This document shows, piece after piece, positions 48,740 through 63,671 of a DNA stretch of 64,000 bases. This stretch comes from an uncultured Phycisphaerales bacterium (lineage in GTDB: Bacteria; Planctomycetota; Phycisphaerae; Tepidisphaerales; Tepidisphaeraceae). The stretch is taken from the NCBI GenBank assembly GCA_963844715.1, contig CAWJPJ010000008.1, positions 288,001 through 352,000 on the forward strand. Reading direction: 5' to 3'. How positions within the stretch are numbered: position 1 is the first letter of the stretch; each line of letters opens with the position of its first letter. The notes under the pieces are model-generated. The model had not been told where the DNA came from and ran no database searches. It was given only the letters and a program-made list of their open reading frames with translations. The translations under genes and the position numbers were made by a program.

Positions 48740-48778
48740 GGAATGCGGAATGATGAATGATGAATGCTGAACTGAAAT
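48740..48778. repeat. GAATGAT heptamer tract
   Basis: gaatgcggaatgatgaatgatgaatgctgaactgaaat, same family as 37686-37750. Confidence 0.75.
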
Positions 48779-48862
48779 CGGCGGGGTATGGCGGGATTCC
48801 AAACCCCGAGGATTCGTTATTCGATCCACACGTTGTAGAATGAGATCGCAAGAGGTGAGCAT

Positions 48863-49087
48863 ATGGTGGCACAGGTACTGAAAGTGGCCGGCAAGCGGTT
48901 CGTGATCGTCGAAGAACGCCAGTTTCGCGAACTGATGGAGACTGTTCGGCAGATACGCCGCATGAGCCGCCAGGATTGGGGAGATGTTGCCGAATCGAGA
49001 CGACGACTGGCTGAGCCCGGGGCGAGCATTTCGTGGAAGCGCATCAAAGCCGATCGCGCGGGGAAAACGAGCAAACGAGTGGCCTGA
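48863..49087 (+). CDS. putative RelB/Phd-like antitoxin
   Basis: 74 aa, GKRFVIVEERQF...ISWKRIKA, with a TGATG overlap to the toxin. Confidence 0.75.
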   Translation: MVAQVLKVAGKRFVIVEERQFRELMETVRQIRRMSRQDWGDVAESRRRLAEPGASISWKRIKADRAGKTSKRVA

Positions 49088-49350
49088 TGGCCTACACCGT
49101 TGAGTTCCGTCCCACTGCTCGCAAGGCGATCGACCGGCTCGATAAGGCTGTTTTTCGCCGTATCATGCTGCGGATCGACGCACTGGCTGCAAGTCCCCGC
49201 CCATCCCGATGTGTCAAGTTGGCCGGACACGATTCGCTCTATCGGATCCGCGTCGGTGACTGGCGGATCGTCTATGAAGTGGACGACAGCCGCTCAATCC
49301 TGACGGTGACGATCGTGGCGCATCGTCGCGAGAGCTACCGCGGATTGTGA
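49087..49350 (+). CDS. relE: RelE/ParE family toxin
   Basis: YTVEFRPTARKAIDRL...PRPSRCVKLAG...YRIRVGDWRIVYEVDD...VAHRRESYR. Confidence 0.93.
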   Translation: MAYTVEFRPTARKAIDRLDKAVFRRIMLRIDALAASPRPSRCVKLAGHDSLYRIRVGDWRIVYEVDDSRSILTVTIVAHRRESYRGL

Positions 49351-49354
49351 TGCG

Positions 49355-50128
49355 TCATTTCCGGGTTAGTGTTTCCTGAAATAGCTCCAGCAGCTTTTCC
49401 CAATGTCTGTCCGCGGCGGGTTTGTCGTACGCCGGGTGGTCGTCGACCGCGAAGCCGTGGCGGACGTTTTCGTACACTTCCATCGTGTAATCGATCTTGG
49501 CGGTTTTGAGGGCGGTTTCGAGGCGGGCTTTTTCTTCGGGGGTAAAGTGGGGGTCGATGCCGGCGATGCCGATGTAGATCTTCGCTTTGATTTTGGGGAT
49601 GAGGAGGTGGGGGCTGTCGGGGGCGTCGGTGGCGAGGCGGCGCGCCATGGAAACAGGCGGCGGCGGCGACGCGATCGGGATAGGCGCCGGCGGCGCTGAG
49701 GGCCATGCCGCCACCCATGCAGTAGCCGACGGCGCCGATTTTTTCGCCGGCGACTTGGTTTTGGGTTTTTAGAAAATCTAGAAATGCTGCGGTGTCGCGG
49801 GTTAGAAGCGCGAAACTGATTGAGCTGTAGAGCTTCATCATGCGCTGGCGCTCGGGGCCGTCCTGGGCGAGATCGGCGGCGTTGAAGGGGGGATAGGGGC
49901 CGGATCGATAGAAGAGGTCGGGGAGGAGGACAAAATAATTGTGCGAGGCGAGGCGGGCCGCCATGTCGAAGAGAGCGGGGCGGATGGCCAGCGCGTCCAT
50001 ATACAAGATAACCGCGGGCCAGGAGCCGCCCGAGGCGGGGTGGAAAATGTAGGCGTCGGCGACGCCGTCGGCGGTTTTAATTTTTCGCGGGATTGAGAGA
50101 TCGAGTTGGGGTTTTGCATCGGGGGCAT
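49355..50128 (-). CDS. dienelactone hydrolase family protein (frameshifts)
   Basis: YMDALAIRP, PDLFYR, GYCMGG nucleophile and HGFAV. Confidence 0.92.
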
Positions 50129-50235
50129 TCTGCCTGAAACGGGGTGGGCGTGGCAACGTCATTTTTGTGTGCCGCTGCGCGCCTATCGGCGGCCGAGGGG
50201 TGGGATCAAGCGATATGGGGCGGGCGCAGTGCGCT

Positions 50236-53200
50236 TTAGTTATCCAGAATCTTCGAATCGGAATCCAAGGAGCTGGTTGCGCCGCCGGTTGAAGTGGTGG
50301 CGCTGGTTGTGTCATCCGACGTTGTCGGCTGCCGATCGGCGACGACGAAGCCGGGCGCGATGCTCTCTGACGGTGCTGCCGCGCCGACGTTGGCCTCAGC
50401 GATGTTCTGGGCCTCGGCCGTGGTGGTGACGGTTGGGAGTTCAATCCATTCGAACCAGTCGCGCCACTTCAGCGGTATGCGCATGATCTGGAAATTATTG
50501 GTTGAACTTGTGGAGAGCGCGCCGTCGGAGAAGGTGAGCTGGTAGGTTCCAAGCTGGCCGGTGGAGAGGCTGTGGAATTGGGCGATGCCGTTTACGACGG
50601 GCACGGTCGTCTGGCCAGAGAGGGTGGTGCCCGCGCTGACGGTGACGCTGGAAGAGTTGTTGGTGGCGACGTTTCCGTACTGGTCTTCCAGGGCCAGGAT
50701 TGTTTCCAGAGTCACGGGGCCGTATTGGGCGGCGACGAAGTGCTGGTCGGCGATGACGATTTGCGTGGCGGTTCCGGGGGCAACCGTAAAGGAGGTGGAT
50801 GTCGCGCCGGTCAGGCCCGAATCGGTGGCCTGGAGGGTGTACGTGCCGGCCTTGTCGAGGGAGATATTGTTGAAGGTGGCCACGCCGTTGACGACCGGGG
50901 CCGTCACGGTGCCGAGCAGGGTTCCCGAGCCGGTGGCGATTGAGAGCGTTACGTTGGACGAATTGGTGGTGGCGAGATTTCCGTTGCTGTCTTCGGCGCT
51001 GACGGTGATGGCGGGGCTGATCACGTTGCCGGCCGTAACGTCGGTGGGCTGCTGGGTGAAGACAACCTTGGTGGCGACGGCCAGAGCGATGTTGAAGCTG
51101 TTGGAGGTCGCGCTGGTGAGGGAGCCGTCGGTGGCCTGGATGGTGTAGGTTCCGGCGGTCGCGATGGTGACATCGCTGAAGGTGGCCACGCCGTTGGCGG
51201 CGGCGACGGTCGTCGTGCCGGAAAGGGCGCCCGGGCCGCTGGCAGTGGCGAGGGAAACGTCGGAGCTGTCGGTGGTGACGACGTTTCCGAATTGGTCTTC
51301 GACATCGACGGTGATTGCCGGGGCGATTGCAAGATTAACGACGGTTCCGGTGGGCTGCTGGGAGAAGGCGAGCTGTGAAGCGGCGGCGGCGCCGACAGTG
51401 AAGCTGCCAGTGGTGGCGCTGGTGAGGGAGCCATCCGTGGCTTCGAGGGTGTAGGTTCCGGCGGTGTCGATGGCGACGTCGCTGAAAGTCGCGACGCCGT
51501 TGACGGCGGCGATGGTGAGCGTGCCGATCAACGTTCCCGGACCGCTATTGATGGAGATGGTGACGTTGGAGGAATCGGCGGTTGCGATGGCGTTGTTCGA
51601 ATTGAGGACATCGACGGAGACGGACGGCCCGAAATTGCTGCCGGCAGTCGCGACACCCGGCTGCTGGGCGAAGCCGAGTTTCGTCGGAGGCAGGGCCGTG
51701 ATGTTGAAGCTGTTGGAGACGGGGGCGCTCAGGCCGCTGCCCGTGGGGTCGATCGTGTAGGCGCCGATCGTGGCAAAGGAGATGTTGCTGAATGTCGCGA
51801 CGCCGGCCACGGCCGCGACTGTCGCGGTGCCGGAAAGGGAGCCGGGGCCGGTATTTTTGTTGAGGGTGACGTTGGATGTATTGGTGGTGACGACGTTCCC
51901 GAATTGATCATCCACATCGACGATGACCGCCGGGGAAATGGCGGCTCCCACGACGGTATTGGTCGGCTGCTGGGCGAATACAAATTGAGTCGCGGCCGCC
52001 GGTGTGACCAGGAAGCTGCTGGATGTCGCGGCTGGTGAGGCTGCCGTCGGTGGCGAGGAGGGTGTAGCTTCCGGCGGTATCGATGATGGCGGAGGAGAAG
52101 GTCGCTACGCCGTTGACGGCGGCGACAGTTTGGGTGCTGGTAAAGGCGCCGGTTCCGCTGGCGATGGAGAGCGTGACCTTGGAGGAATCTCCGACCGCGA
52201 CGTCGCCGCCGTTGTCTTCCACATCGACGGTGATCGCCGGGCTGATGGCGGTTCCCGCGGTGACGTTGGTCGGCTCCTGCACGAAGACCAACTTTTGCCC
52301 CGTCGGCGACGTGATGTCGAAGCTGTTGGAGGTTGCCGCGGTGAGGCTGCCGTCGGTGGCCTGGATCGTATAGGCGCCGAAGGTTGCGGCGCTGATGTTA
52401 CTGAACGTCGCAACGCCGTTGGAAGCGGCGATGGTGGTGGTTCCGGAAATCGCCGCCGGTCCGGTGGCCGTGGCGAGGGTGACGTTGGAAGAGTCGGTCG
52501 CGACGACGTTTCCGAATTGATCTTCGACGTCCACCGTGATCGGCGGGGTAATCGCGTCGCTCACCTGGGTGCTGGTGGGCTGCTGAGAAAATGCCAGTGT
52601 GGCGGCGGCCGCGGCGCTGATCGTGAAACTGCTGGAGGTGGCGCTGCTGAGGCTGCCGTCGGTGGCCAGGAGCGTGTAAGCGCCGGCGGTGTCGAGGATG
52701 ACATTGTTGAATGTCGCCACGCCGTCGACGGCTGCGACGGTCAGGGTTCCGGTCGCCGAGCCGGGTCCGCTGGCGACGGCGAGCGTGACGTCGGAATCGT
52801 TGCTGGTGTTGATGGTTCCGCCCGCATCTTCGATATCGACGACGATGGAGGGGCTATTGGCGACGCCGGCGGTGGCGTTGCTCGGCTGGACGGCGTAGGC
52901 GAGCTGCGATGAAGGCGCCGAGGTGACGGCGAGGCTGTCGAACGTGGCGGCGGCGGTGTCGCCGTTGCTGTTGGCCGTGACGGCCAGGCCGGCATTGGCG
53001 GCGGCGCCCATTCCGGTGAGGGCTTCGGTGGAGCCGATTTGCGTGTAGGTCGTGCCGCCGTTGGTGCTGTAAAAGCCGGCGAAGTTGTTGCCGAAGCGTT
53101 CGACTTTCACGAACGCCGATCCGACGGCGAGGCTGATCGGCGCGGACGACTGCATGGTTCCGCCGGAGGTGGTGCGCCATTCGAAAATGATCTGGCCGTT

Positions 53201-54826
53201 GGTGGTCTGGACGACGGCGGCGAAAGGATCGGCGGCGTCGGTGCTTTGGCGATACATGACGCCCGCCTGCGGCACGGCGCCTCCGCCGGGGCCGGTCAGG
53301 CTGGTCAGCTGCGCGGCGACGCTGGAGTCGCCGGTCACGGATTGATAGCTGTAATTGAACTGGTCGCTGGCGCCGCTGATATTGGCGCCGCCGCCGTTGA
53401 CCGTCCAGTCTTCGGCGTCAGGGTCGTAAACGGATTCGGACGTGTCGAACGGAACGGTCGGGGAACCGATGTCGATGTTGGTGTAATTAGCCGCGACGAT
53501 TTGCGAATCGACGGGGGTCGGATAGGAGCTAGAGGTTGTTCCTTCGATGTCCGGCCCGCTGGAGACGGTGATGTGCGAACTGGAATCGAAACTCATGTTG
53601 CGCACGTGATCGATCTGCATGCCGGTCAGGGCGGTGATGTTCACGTCGTCAAACGAGATATTGGTCACCGGCGCTTCGGGAATTCCATAAATGGCGGCGG
53701 CGAGGGAACCGCTCTGCAAATCGGTCGAGGTGATGTTGGTGAAGGAAATGTTTTCCCAAATCGGGGTGGTCGAATTGACGGCGAAGCCGGGATCGGAATA
53801 GGGATCGGTGGGGAAATCGTTGGACTGGTTGTAATAGCTATCGATCAGGATCGGATACTCGACGTTGGTCATCGTGATATTGGAATAGGAGACGTTTTCG
53901 ACGAATCCGCCGTTGCCGCGGTCGGCTTTGAGCCGCAGACCGTTGGTGGTTCCGTTGAAGGTGACGTTGTTGACGATGAAGCCGTTGAAACCGGCGTTGG
54001 TTTCCCCGCCGACGGAGATGCCGTGTCCGGCCAGGATGGTGCAGTTTTCGACGTCGATGTTGGCGCAGTACTGGTCCTGGGGTTTGACGGCGATGTCATC
54101 GTCGCCGTCGGAGATGGTGCAGTTTTCGATGAGCCAGTTTTGTCCGGCGGGATCGATGCCGTCGGTGTTGGCGGCGGTGGAGGAGGTGTTGATGCTGATG
54201 TCGTTGATGGTCACATTGTTGACCAGGCCGCTGCCGCACTGAATGTGTTCGTGGGGGGAATTGTTGACGTTGACTTCCTGGATCAAGCCAATCGAGGAAT
54301 CGTTGATCTTGATCAAGTTCAGCGTGCCGGCCAGGCCGCCCGAATTGCCGTCGATGGTTCCCATGGACGCGCCGGTTCCGAGCCCGGTGATTTCCCAGTT
54401 GGAGCAGCCGTTGACGGTAATAAAGACGCTGGCGCTGAGGCCGGAGAGAGCCTGGAGTTCGGCGCCGGAGTCGATCTGAAGATTGACGTTGCTCTTCATG
54501 GAGATCGCTCCGCATTCGAAAGCGCCGGCGGCATCGGGGACTTCGACGGTGCCTCCGCCGGCGGCGTTGCAGGCGTTGATGGCGTCTTGAATGGCGGTGG
54601 TGTTGTTGGTCGTGCCGTCGCCGACGGCGTTGTAGGGGGAGGCGGTGATGAGGAAGTTGGTGCCGGACCCGGTGGGGATCACGGGCAGGGGAGGAGCGGA
54701 GAGCAGATACCGCTTTTCAAGGTTCTCCAGAAGCGGGCGTTGCCGGAGCATGGCGCGATTCAATTTTCGCGCGGAATTGACCCGCTTCGGCCGCATTTCT
54801 TCCATACCGCGCTCGACAATCGACAT
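50236..54826 (-). CDS. large extracellular GH28 (polygalacturonase-like) protein with a beta-sandwich domain and about 8 Ig-like repeats (frameshift near 52030)
   Basis: LENLEKRYLLS motif, GH28 motifs NTDG, GDDDIAVK, GHGISVG and RLK, and ~100-aa repeats starting L(A/V)F.QQP and containing GVATF. Confidence 0.9.
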
Positions 54827-55154
54827 AGCTCCTCCATTGCCCGTTTCTCAAAAACCGCAAATCGTTCTTCAGCGGACACTTAACAGCCTGGCGAGTGCTG
54901 TCTACTTAGGCAACAATCAATGGTTAGATCGGCGAATAAATCGGCAAAGTTGGATTAAACGAAATATTCGTTACAAGGTGTCAAAAATGCCTTAAGGGGC
55001 GGCGGGAAATGCAACCGACCGAGTCGAGTCGCAAGCATCAATAATCATTGGGGTTGCGTAAAACTGGTTTGGGTGGGGGAGCAACTTTTTGATGATGTGT
55101 TGTGATTTATGGGACGTGGCGCGCCGTGCCGTCAGGTCCGAAACCAATGATTCA

Positions 55155-57654
55155 TCAAGGCGTGCCTAAAAACGTCGCGGTGAACAGATTTCCGGCAGGG
55201 TCAACCGTGATGGTGACCGCGCCAGAGCGGCTGGTCCGATAAAATGGGCGGCCGGACGCCAGATCGTCGAAGAGCCGCTGCCGGCGCGAGAGCTTGGCGT
55301 TGCCGGACGCAATGATGAGCTGCGGGTGGCGCTGCGCGGAGGAACGCCGCGGTCGCGGCCTCGGCGGATCCTTGGTGGGGGGCGATCAGAACATCGCATT
55401 TGAGCAAAGCGGGATGTTTCAGAAGCTCGCGCAGAGCGGGGTCCTGGATGTCGGCGGTGAAAAGAAACGTGCGCCCGGCGCAGGTGAACTTCATTACTAA
55501 TCCACAATTGTTCGCGCTCAAATTGCAATCGGGCGGGGGCCAGAGAACGTCGAGGGTGGCGCCGCCGGGCAATTGTAGGTGGTCGCCTTTTTTGAGGATT
55601 CGCGGGGAAGTCTGCGCTTCGAAGAGGGTGTCGAGCAAATCCTCGGCCGGGATATTTCCCATCGCATGGCGCGCAAAGACCGGGCTGATAAAAACGGTCG
55701 GGTGGCCGCAATCGCGGAAAATTTCGCCGGCGGCGCTGAGATGAGCGTAGCTGTCGTCGCTGAGAATCATTTGATCGACGTCGGCGCAATCGAGAGTTTG
55801 CAAATAGGGTTCGAGCACTCCGCGGCGGAGATTGGATACGGTCTGCGAGCCGGCGTCGATGAGGATGATGTGCCGATCGGGCGTGCGCAGCACGGCGCAT
55901 TGTCCGTCGCCGATGCTGAGGAGGGTCAGCACATATTGGGAACCGGAAGGTCCGCGCGCGAGAGCCCGAGTAACGGCGACAGAAAAAACGCGGCGACCGC
56001 GATGGCGGGGCCGAGCCGGGTGATCTGACGACGCGGCTGGATCGGAAATGAAGCAGCGTTACGGCGAACAAGGCGTAATAAACGAAGAGCATCCAAAGGG
56101 GAGGGGTCGGCAGGGGAATTTTGGAGCCTGGAATGCGGGCGATGAGTTCGACGATCTGCCTGAGACAGGTGACGGGGAAGGAACAGACAACGGCCCAGAG
56201 ATGGGACGGCCCGGGCCAGCAGAGGGTGAGGGCGATTTTCGCCAGTCCGAAGAGAAGGCTGACGACCGTGACGGGCAGAAGGATCACGCCGGCGAGGGCG
56301 GAGTAGGTGTTGAGCTGGCCATAGTGATAGGCGATGAGCGGAATCACCATGAGCCAGGCGATGCACATCGCGCCGATGGCGGAGACGAAGAATCGGACGA
56401 TCCAGCGGCCGGCGTTGGCGGCGGCGTTGCGCGGCGGCGGGCGAAGGGCGACGGCGTCGGGGCCGCGCCAGGTCGCCCAGAACCAGTAGAAAGTGGGCTG
56501 GGCGAAAAGAATCATGCCGAGGACGGCGGCGAAGCTGATCTGGAATCCGCCGTTGGTCAGATCGTCCGGATGGATCAGCAGAATCGCGGCGATGGCGACG
56601 CAGAACAACTGAATGGAATCGGGCCGACGGCGCACGAGCATGGCGATGCCGAAGGCGCAGAACATGATGACGGATCGCCAGCCGGGCCAGGTGGGGGTGG
56701 CGACCAGGGCGTAAAGAATGACGGCGGTCATGGCGGCGATCAGGCTGGATTTCGGGGATGCGGAAGAGCCGCCCGAGGAAGAGGACGAATCCGCCGGCGA
56801 TGGCGATGTGCAGGCCGCTGATGCTCATGCAATGGACGGTTCCCGTGCTGACGAGCTGGTCTTCGAGATCGTTCAGCTGCGGATCGGAGTCGCCGAGGAC
56901 GAAAGCCTGAAGCAGGGCATGATCGTAAGATTGCCCGAGCAGAAAGCCTCGGGCGAGAAGATGGCGGGATTTTTGCGCGAGCCATTCGATGGGGCCGGGT
57001 CCGGGATCGGAAAGGATTTGCGCGCCGCCGGCGTGGGAGACGCGAAGGGAAGCCAGCGTGCGAATGGATCGCTCCCAGGCGGCGAAATCGAATTCGCCGG
57101 GGTTCATGGCGCCGGAGGGGCGCTCGAGAATTCCCGTGGCGCGGACGATCTGTCCGGGAGCGAGGCGCAGGATTGAATTCTTCCAGAAATAGCGAGACGG
57201 CTCCCACGGCGGGTCGCCGACCCTGGCGGGTTTGGATCGCGACGACATTGGCGCGCACGGTTTGCTTGGGGCCCAACAGGCGCGGATCGTCGGGGGCGGG
57301 GGGAATCAGCCGCGGCGGGTCGTCGATCTTCATGTCGAGCTGGGCGAAACGATCGGCTTGCGACGTAAAAATCCAGACGTGATTTGCGGGGTATTGGAAA
57401 TAAGCGATTTGGGCGGCCAGGAGCCCGACGAGGGCAATGGCCAGGGCGAGGGCGAGATCGGCGAATCGCGTGCGGCGATGGAGAATCGCTGACAGGACGA
57501 GGAAGGCAAATAGGCAGATCATCCACAGCCATGGGCGGCAGGGGAGCAGATCGCGGAGGGCGATTCCCGGAACGAGGCAGATCGCGAATGCGGCCGCCGG
57601 GCGGGCGCGGAGCGCGGCGGTGACGGAGCGCGGGGGTGGATTGGGTTGGGTCAT
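55155..57654 (-). CDS. comEC: ComEC/Rec2 competence protein (multiple frameshifts)
   Basis: NPGEFDF, TGTVHCMSISGLH, GFQISFAA, IGDGQC..L, DAG and APHQGS. Confidence 0.9.
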
Positions 57655-57669
57655 TCCCGGCGGGAGAGC

Positions 57670-58345
57670 CTAATCCCTGGCGGGTGTGCGAATCAAAAAA
57701 CGCCTGATTCCACAACCGAGGCAGAAAAACGCGGCGGCGATGGTGAGGTGAACGACGGCGCTGGGCCAGATCTGGGTCGGGAGGTGGATGGGGGTGTCCT
57801 GATTCAATCGCGTCAGGCGGTAGGCGATGATCCGCTCGGTCCAGGGAGGCTCGGCATGCAGAACCCCGTTTTCCACAAGGGGGGGATGCAGGGCGACCAG
57901 ATGGTTAATCAGATTGTCGGACAGATTGGGAATCTGTGGGGATAGCCAGATCGGCCAGGTGAGCCAGGCGAGGGCGAGTAGAGTCGCAATCGCCGCCGAA
58001 AAAGTTGGATGAACGCGGACGGACTTGAGAAAGAAGCTGATCGCCGCGACGGCCGCCGCGAAGCAGACGAGGAGAGCCGCCAATCTCAACCACTCAAAAA
58101 AAGTGTCGGCGGTTTGAAAGAGGGGGATGATCCAAATGAGCGCCACGCCCGCCGCGACGGTTTTCCAATCTGTGGGGGCGAAGAAAGCGGCGACGAAAAA
58201 GCCGCCGATGAAAAGGCCGAGTGTGGGGCCGGCGGCGAAGTAGCAAATTGAGGTGAAGGCAAGACAGAAAACAAAGTTGCCAGTCGCCAGTTGCCAGTTG
58301 CCGGTCAATGCATCTACCGGCAACCGGCAACTGGCAACTGGCAAC

Positions 58346-58356
<11 letters not shown>
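57670..58356 (-). CDS. hypothetical multi-pass membrane protein (start uncertain; the ORF N-terminus runs through a heptamer repeat)
   Basis: Several TM segments and WLTWPIWL. Follows gyrA directly. Confidence 0.6.
58273..58346. repeat. (GTTGCCA)n heptamer inverted repeat directly after the gyrA stop
   Basis: agttgccagtcgccagttgccagttgccggt-N11-accggcaaccggcaactggcaactggcaact. Confidence 0.9.
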
Positions 58357-60913
<2,557 letters not shown>

Positions 60914-61051
60914 AAATCCAGGCTCGTTTCATCCGTAAAAAGTCGAGTCGAACTAGAGCTGAATTTTAGGGGATTGGGGGGCAAAAATCGAATCGGCGTA
61001 AGGGGTGGCTCGCGCAGTTCGGTCGCATCAGGCAATAGCTTTTTTCATTCA

Positions 61052-61345
61052 AATGCAAACCAGGGGAGGTGGGAGACACCGCATACGGCCCCAAGCGGTT
61101 TCTCCCACCTCCCCTGGAACCCCTCCGCCCTCTTCCACTTCCCCTAACCGTCCAGTGGGAGAGAGGGAGAACGACATTTTTTTAGGTGCGCGAATCAGCG
61201 GCATCCGGGCATCAGATTGGCAAACGGCTTCGACTTTTTTGGCTCGGACGGTTAGGGGAAGCCGGAAGTGGAGGAGGGGTTGCAGGGGAGGAGGCGGAAC
61301 CGCTTGGGGCCTGATGGGGTTCCGCCTCCTCCCCTGCATTGCATT
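61052..61345. repeat. two ~100-bp inverted homologous arms, each with a long perfect hairpin
   Basis: 61052-61153 aligns with the reverse complement of 61246-61345. Stems of 17 and 21 bp show compensatory differences. Confidence 0.88.
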
Positions 61346-61461
61346 GGCATTTCAAAGCCCATTGCCGAACTTACTCGGATTAAATGGAGCGTCGATTTGC
61401 AAATATGGGTGGACGCGGGGATGGCCTTTGATGAACTCAGGGCGGCCCATCCGTTGGCTTG

Positions 61462-63130
61462 CTAGGATTGGCACCAATTTCGCCACATCTGGCGGTAGGC
61501 GGCTTCGACGTCGCGGGCGAATTGCGGGGCGTCTTTGATGGGGGAGGACTTGACGCGATCGCGCAGGGTTCGGCGTAATTCGGCGCGCCGATCGGCGTCG
61601 TTCGCGAGGTCGACGGCGACGCGCAGGTAGTCGTCTTGCGTATAGGTGACAAGTTCCGGCAGACCGATGTTGGTGAGGATGCTGCGGCCGCCGCGGCCGA
61701 CGGCGGTTCCGCCGGAAAGCGTCACGACGGGGACGCCTTGCCAGAGGCTGTCGAGCGTGGTGATTCCGCCGCCGTAGGGGAAGGGATCGAGGCAGACGTC
61801 GATGCGGCCGTAGCTTTGCAGATAGTCGTTGTATGCCTGAATGGGGAGGAAATCGACGCGGGTTCCGTCGATGCCGTGCGATTCGAAGAACTTGCGGATG
61901 ATGTCGCGGTGCGTGCCGACCGCGGCGTGAAGAACGAGGCGCGAACCGGAGACGGACTGCATGATGCGCGCCCAGAGGGTTTTGGCCTCGGGGGAGACTT
62001 TTCCGAAAGTGTTCAGACAGCCGAACGTGATCGGCTCGCCGGCTTTGCGCGTGGCGTCGGGAGTCTGGGCGAGGGTTTGATAGCACCAGTAGGTGCGCGG
62101 CAGGCGGATGGTTTTTTCCGTGTAAACGGAGAGATCGAAATCCTCCGGGTCCATGTGCGGGTCGGAGAGGCGGTAGTCGATCGTGTCGAGGCCCGTGGAA
62201 CTGCAATAGCCGAGATAGCTGAGCTGCACCGGGGCGGGTTTTTGCGCAAAGACGAGGAGCCGGTTGTCGGCCGAGTGAAGGGCGAGATCGACCAGGATGT
62301 CGATCTTGTCCTCGCGGATTTTCTCGGCCACGGGCTCGTCCGGCACGCCGATGATGCTGCGCCACTGGTCGCACTGATCGCGCAGCAGGCGGGTGAGCGG
62401 GTCGGGGCGAAGCACGTGGGCGTAGCAGAAGATTTCGAATTGCTCGCGATTGTGGCGATGCAGCAGGGGCAGGAGATTCCGCCCCACGGAATGCCAGCGC
62501 AGGTCGGGCGAGACGTAGCCGATTCTCAGCTTCCGGTCGGGATTGCGGTCGTTGCCGTGAGGCTTGATGAATTTGCGGAGGGGCTCGCCGTGGGTTTTTC
62601 CCCACGCTCGATATTCCTCGGCGATCGCGGCCGCGTCGTAATCGGAATGATAGTGCATCGCGTAGATGAGATTCCCGTGCGTGTAGGCGTAATTGGGGCC
62701 CGAGGCGTTGGCCTTTTTGAAACATTCGATCGACTTGCGATAAGCGGCGATCGCCTCGCCCATCTCTCCCTTGTCGCGGGCGGTGCTGCCAAGATTCGCG
62801 TACGCCTTGGCATGGTCGGGCCGCAGGGCGATGGCCCGGCGGTAAATTTCGATTGCCTGATCGGGGTCTCCCTTGTCCTTCAGGACGTTGCCGAGATTGT
62901 TGTAAATCTCCGGCAGATTGGGATTGATGGCGAGGGCGCGGCGCATCAGATCGATGGCTACATCGGTGTGGCCGGTTTGATGGGCGATGAGGCCGAGATA
63001 ATGGATCGACTGGGCGTGATTCGGATCGCGCGAGGATTTGGCGGTAGAGTTTTTCCGCCTCGGGAAGCCGGCCAGCTTCGTGGTATTGATTGGCGAGGCG
63101 GAAGGAGTCCTGGATCGTCGTGGCTGTCAT
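61462..63130 (-). CDS. TPR + GT41 O-GlcNAc transferase (SPINDLY-like), frameshift near 63020
   Basis: TPR repeats, LRIGYVSPDLRWHSV, IDILVDL, PAPVQ, LDPFPYGGGITT and GVPVVTL. Confidence 0.93.
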
Positions 63131-63279
63131 GATGCTGGGGAGAATATGCGGCGGGGGGTTATTTCTGTAAAGCGGACCGGTTAAGTCGAGTCGCGGGGCG
63201 AACCGGGTGGAGGCCGTTGGCGGAAAGGCTATAATCTCGCAATCGCGCGGGAGAATTTGCTCGCGGGAGCATATCCGCC

Positions 63280-63666
63280 ATGGCCGAAAAAAACGATGAC
63301 CCGTCGCACTTTATTGCAGTCGCGAAAAAGCATCTCGTTCGCGTCAAGGGTGCCTGGAATCCGCCGGACTGGAGCGATTTGGGTACCTATGGAACCTATT
63401 GTCTGGAGGCGCTGATCCTGCGCACGGCGCTCAAGGCCGGCGAGACGCCGATCCGCACGCATTGGGGAAAAGCGGATCAAGCCACGAATTTGGCAAATCG
63501 CCACGGACTGCCGGATATCGCGCCATTGCATCAGAAGTTGAACGCGTTGAGAAAAGCAGAAGGCTATGGCGATACCGAAATAAAGAAGTCGGATTACGAC
63601 GCGAAAGCGATCGTTCAAGAGATCGAAAACTACTTCAGCAAAGTGTCGGAATTCTGTGCGAAATAG
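63280..63666 (+). CDS. HEPN-domain protein (putative toxin)
   Basis: Helical 128 aa, YCLEALI...RTH...LNALRKAEGYGD, next to an MNT gene. Confidence 0.7.
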   Translation: MAEKNDDPSHFIAVAKKHLVRVKGAWNPPDWSDLGTYGTYCLEALILRTALKAGETPIRTHWGKADQATNLANRHGLPDIAPLHQKLNALRKAEGYGDTEIKKSDYDAKAIVQEIENYFSKVSEFCAK

Positions 63667-63671
63667 GGATT

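Noticed and set aside
53039..54883. Long antisense ORFs (e.g. 614 aa here, also 11550-12611, 28141-29346, 61636-63132)
   Set aside because: Shadow ORFs opposite well-supported genes in high-GC DNA, with Arg/Pro/Gly-rich composition and no motifs.
61301..61320. CTGATG in the hairpin loop as a hammerhead ribozyme core
   Set aside because: It lacks CUGANGA and GAAA, and is not conserved in the other arm.
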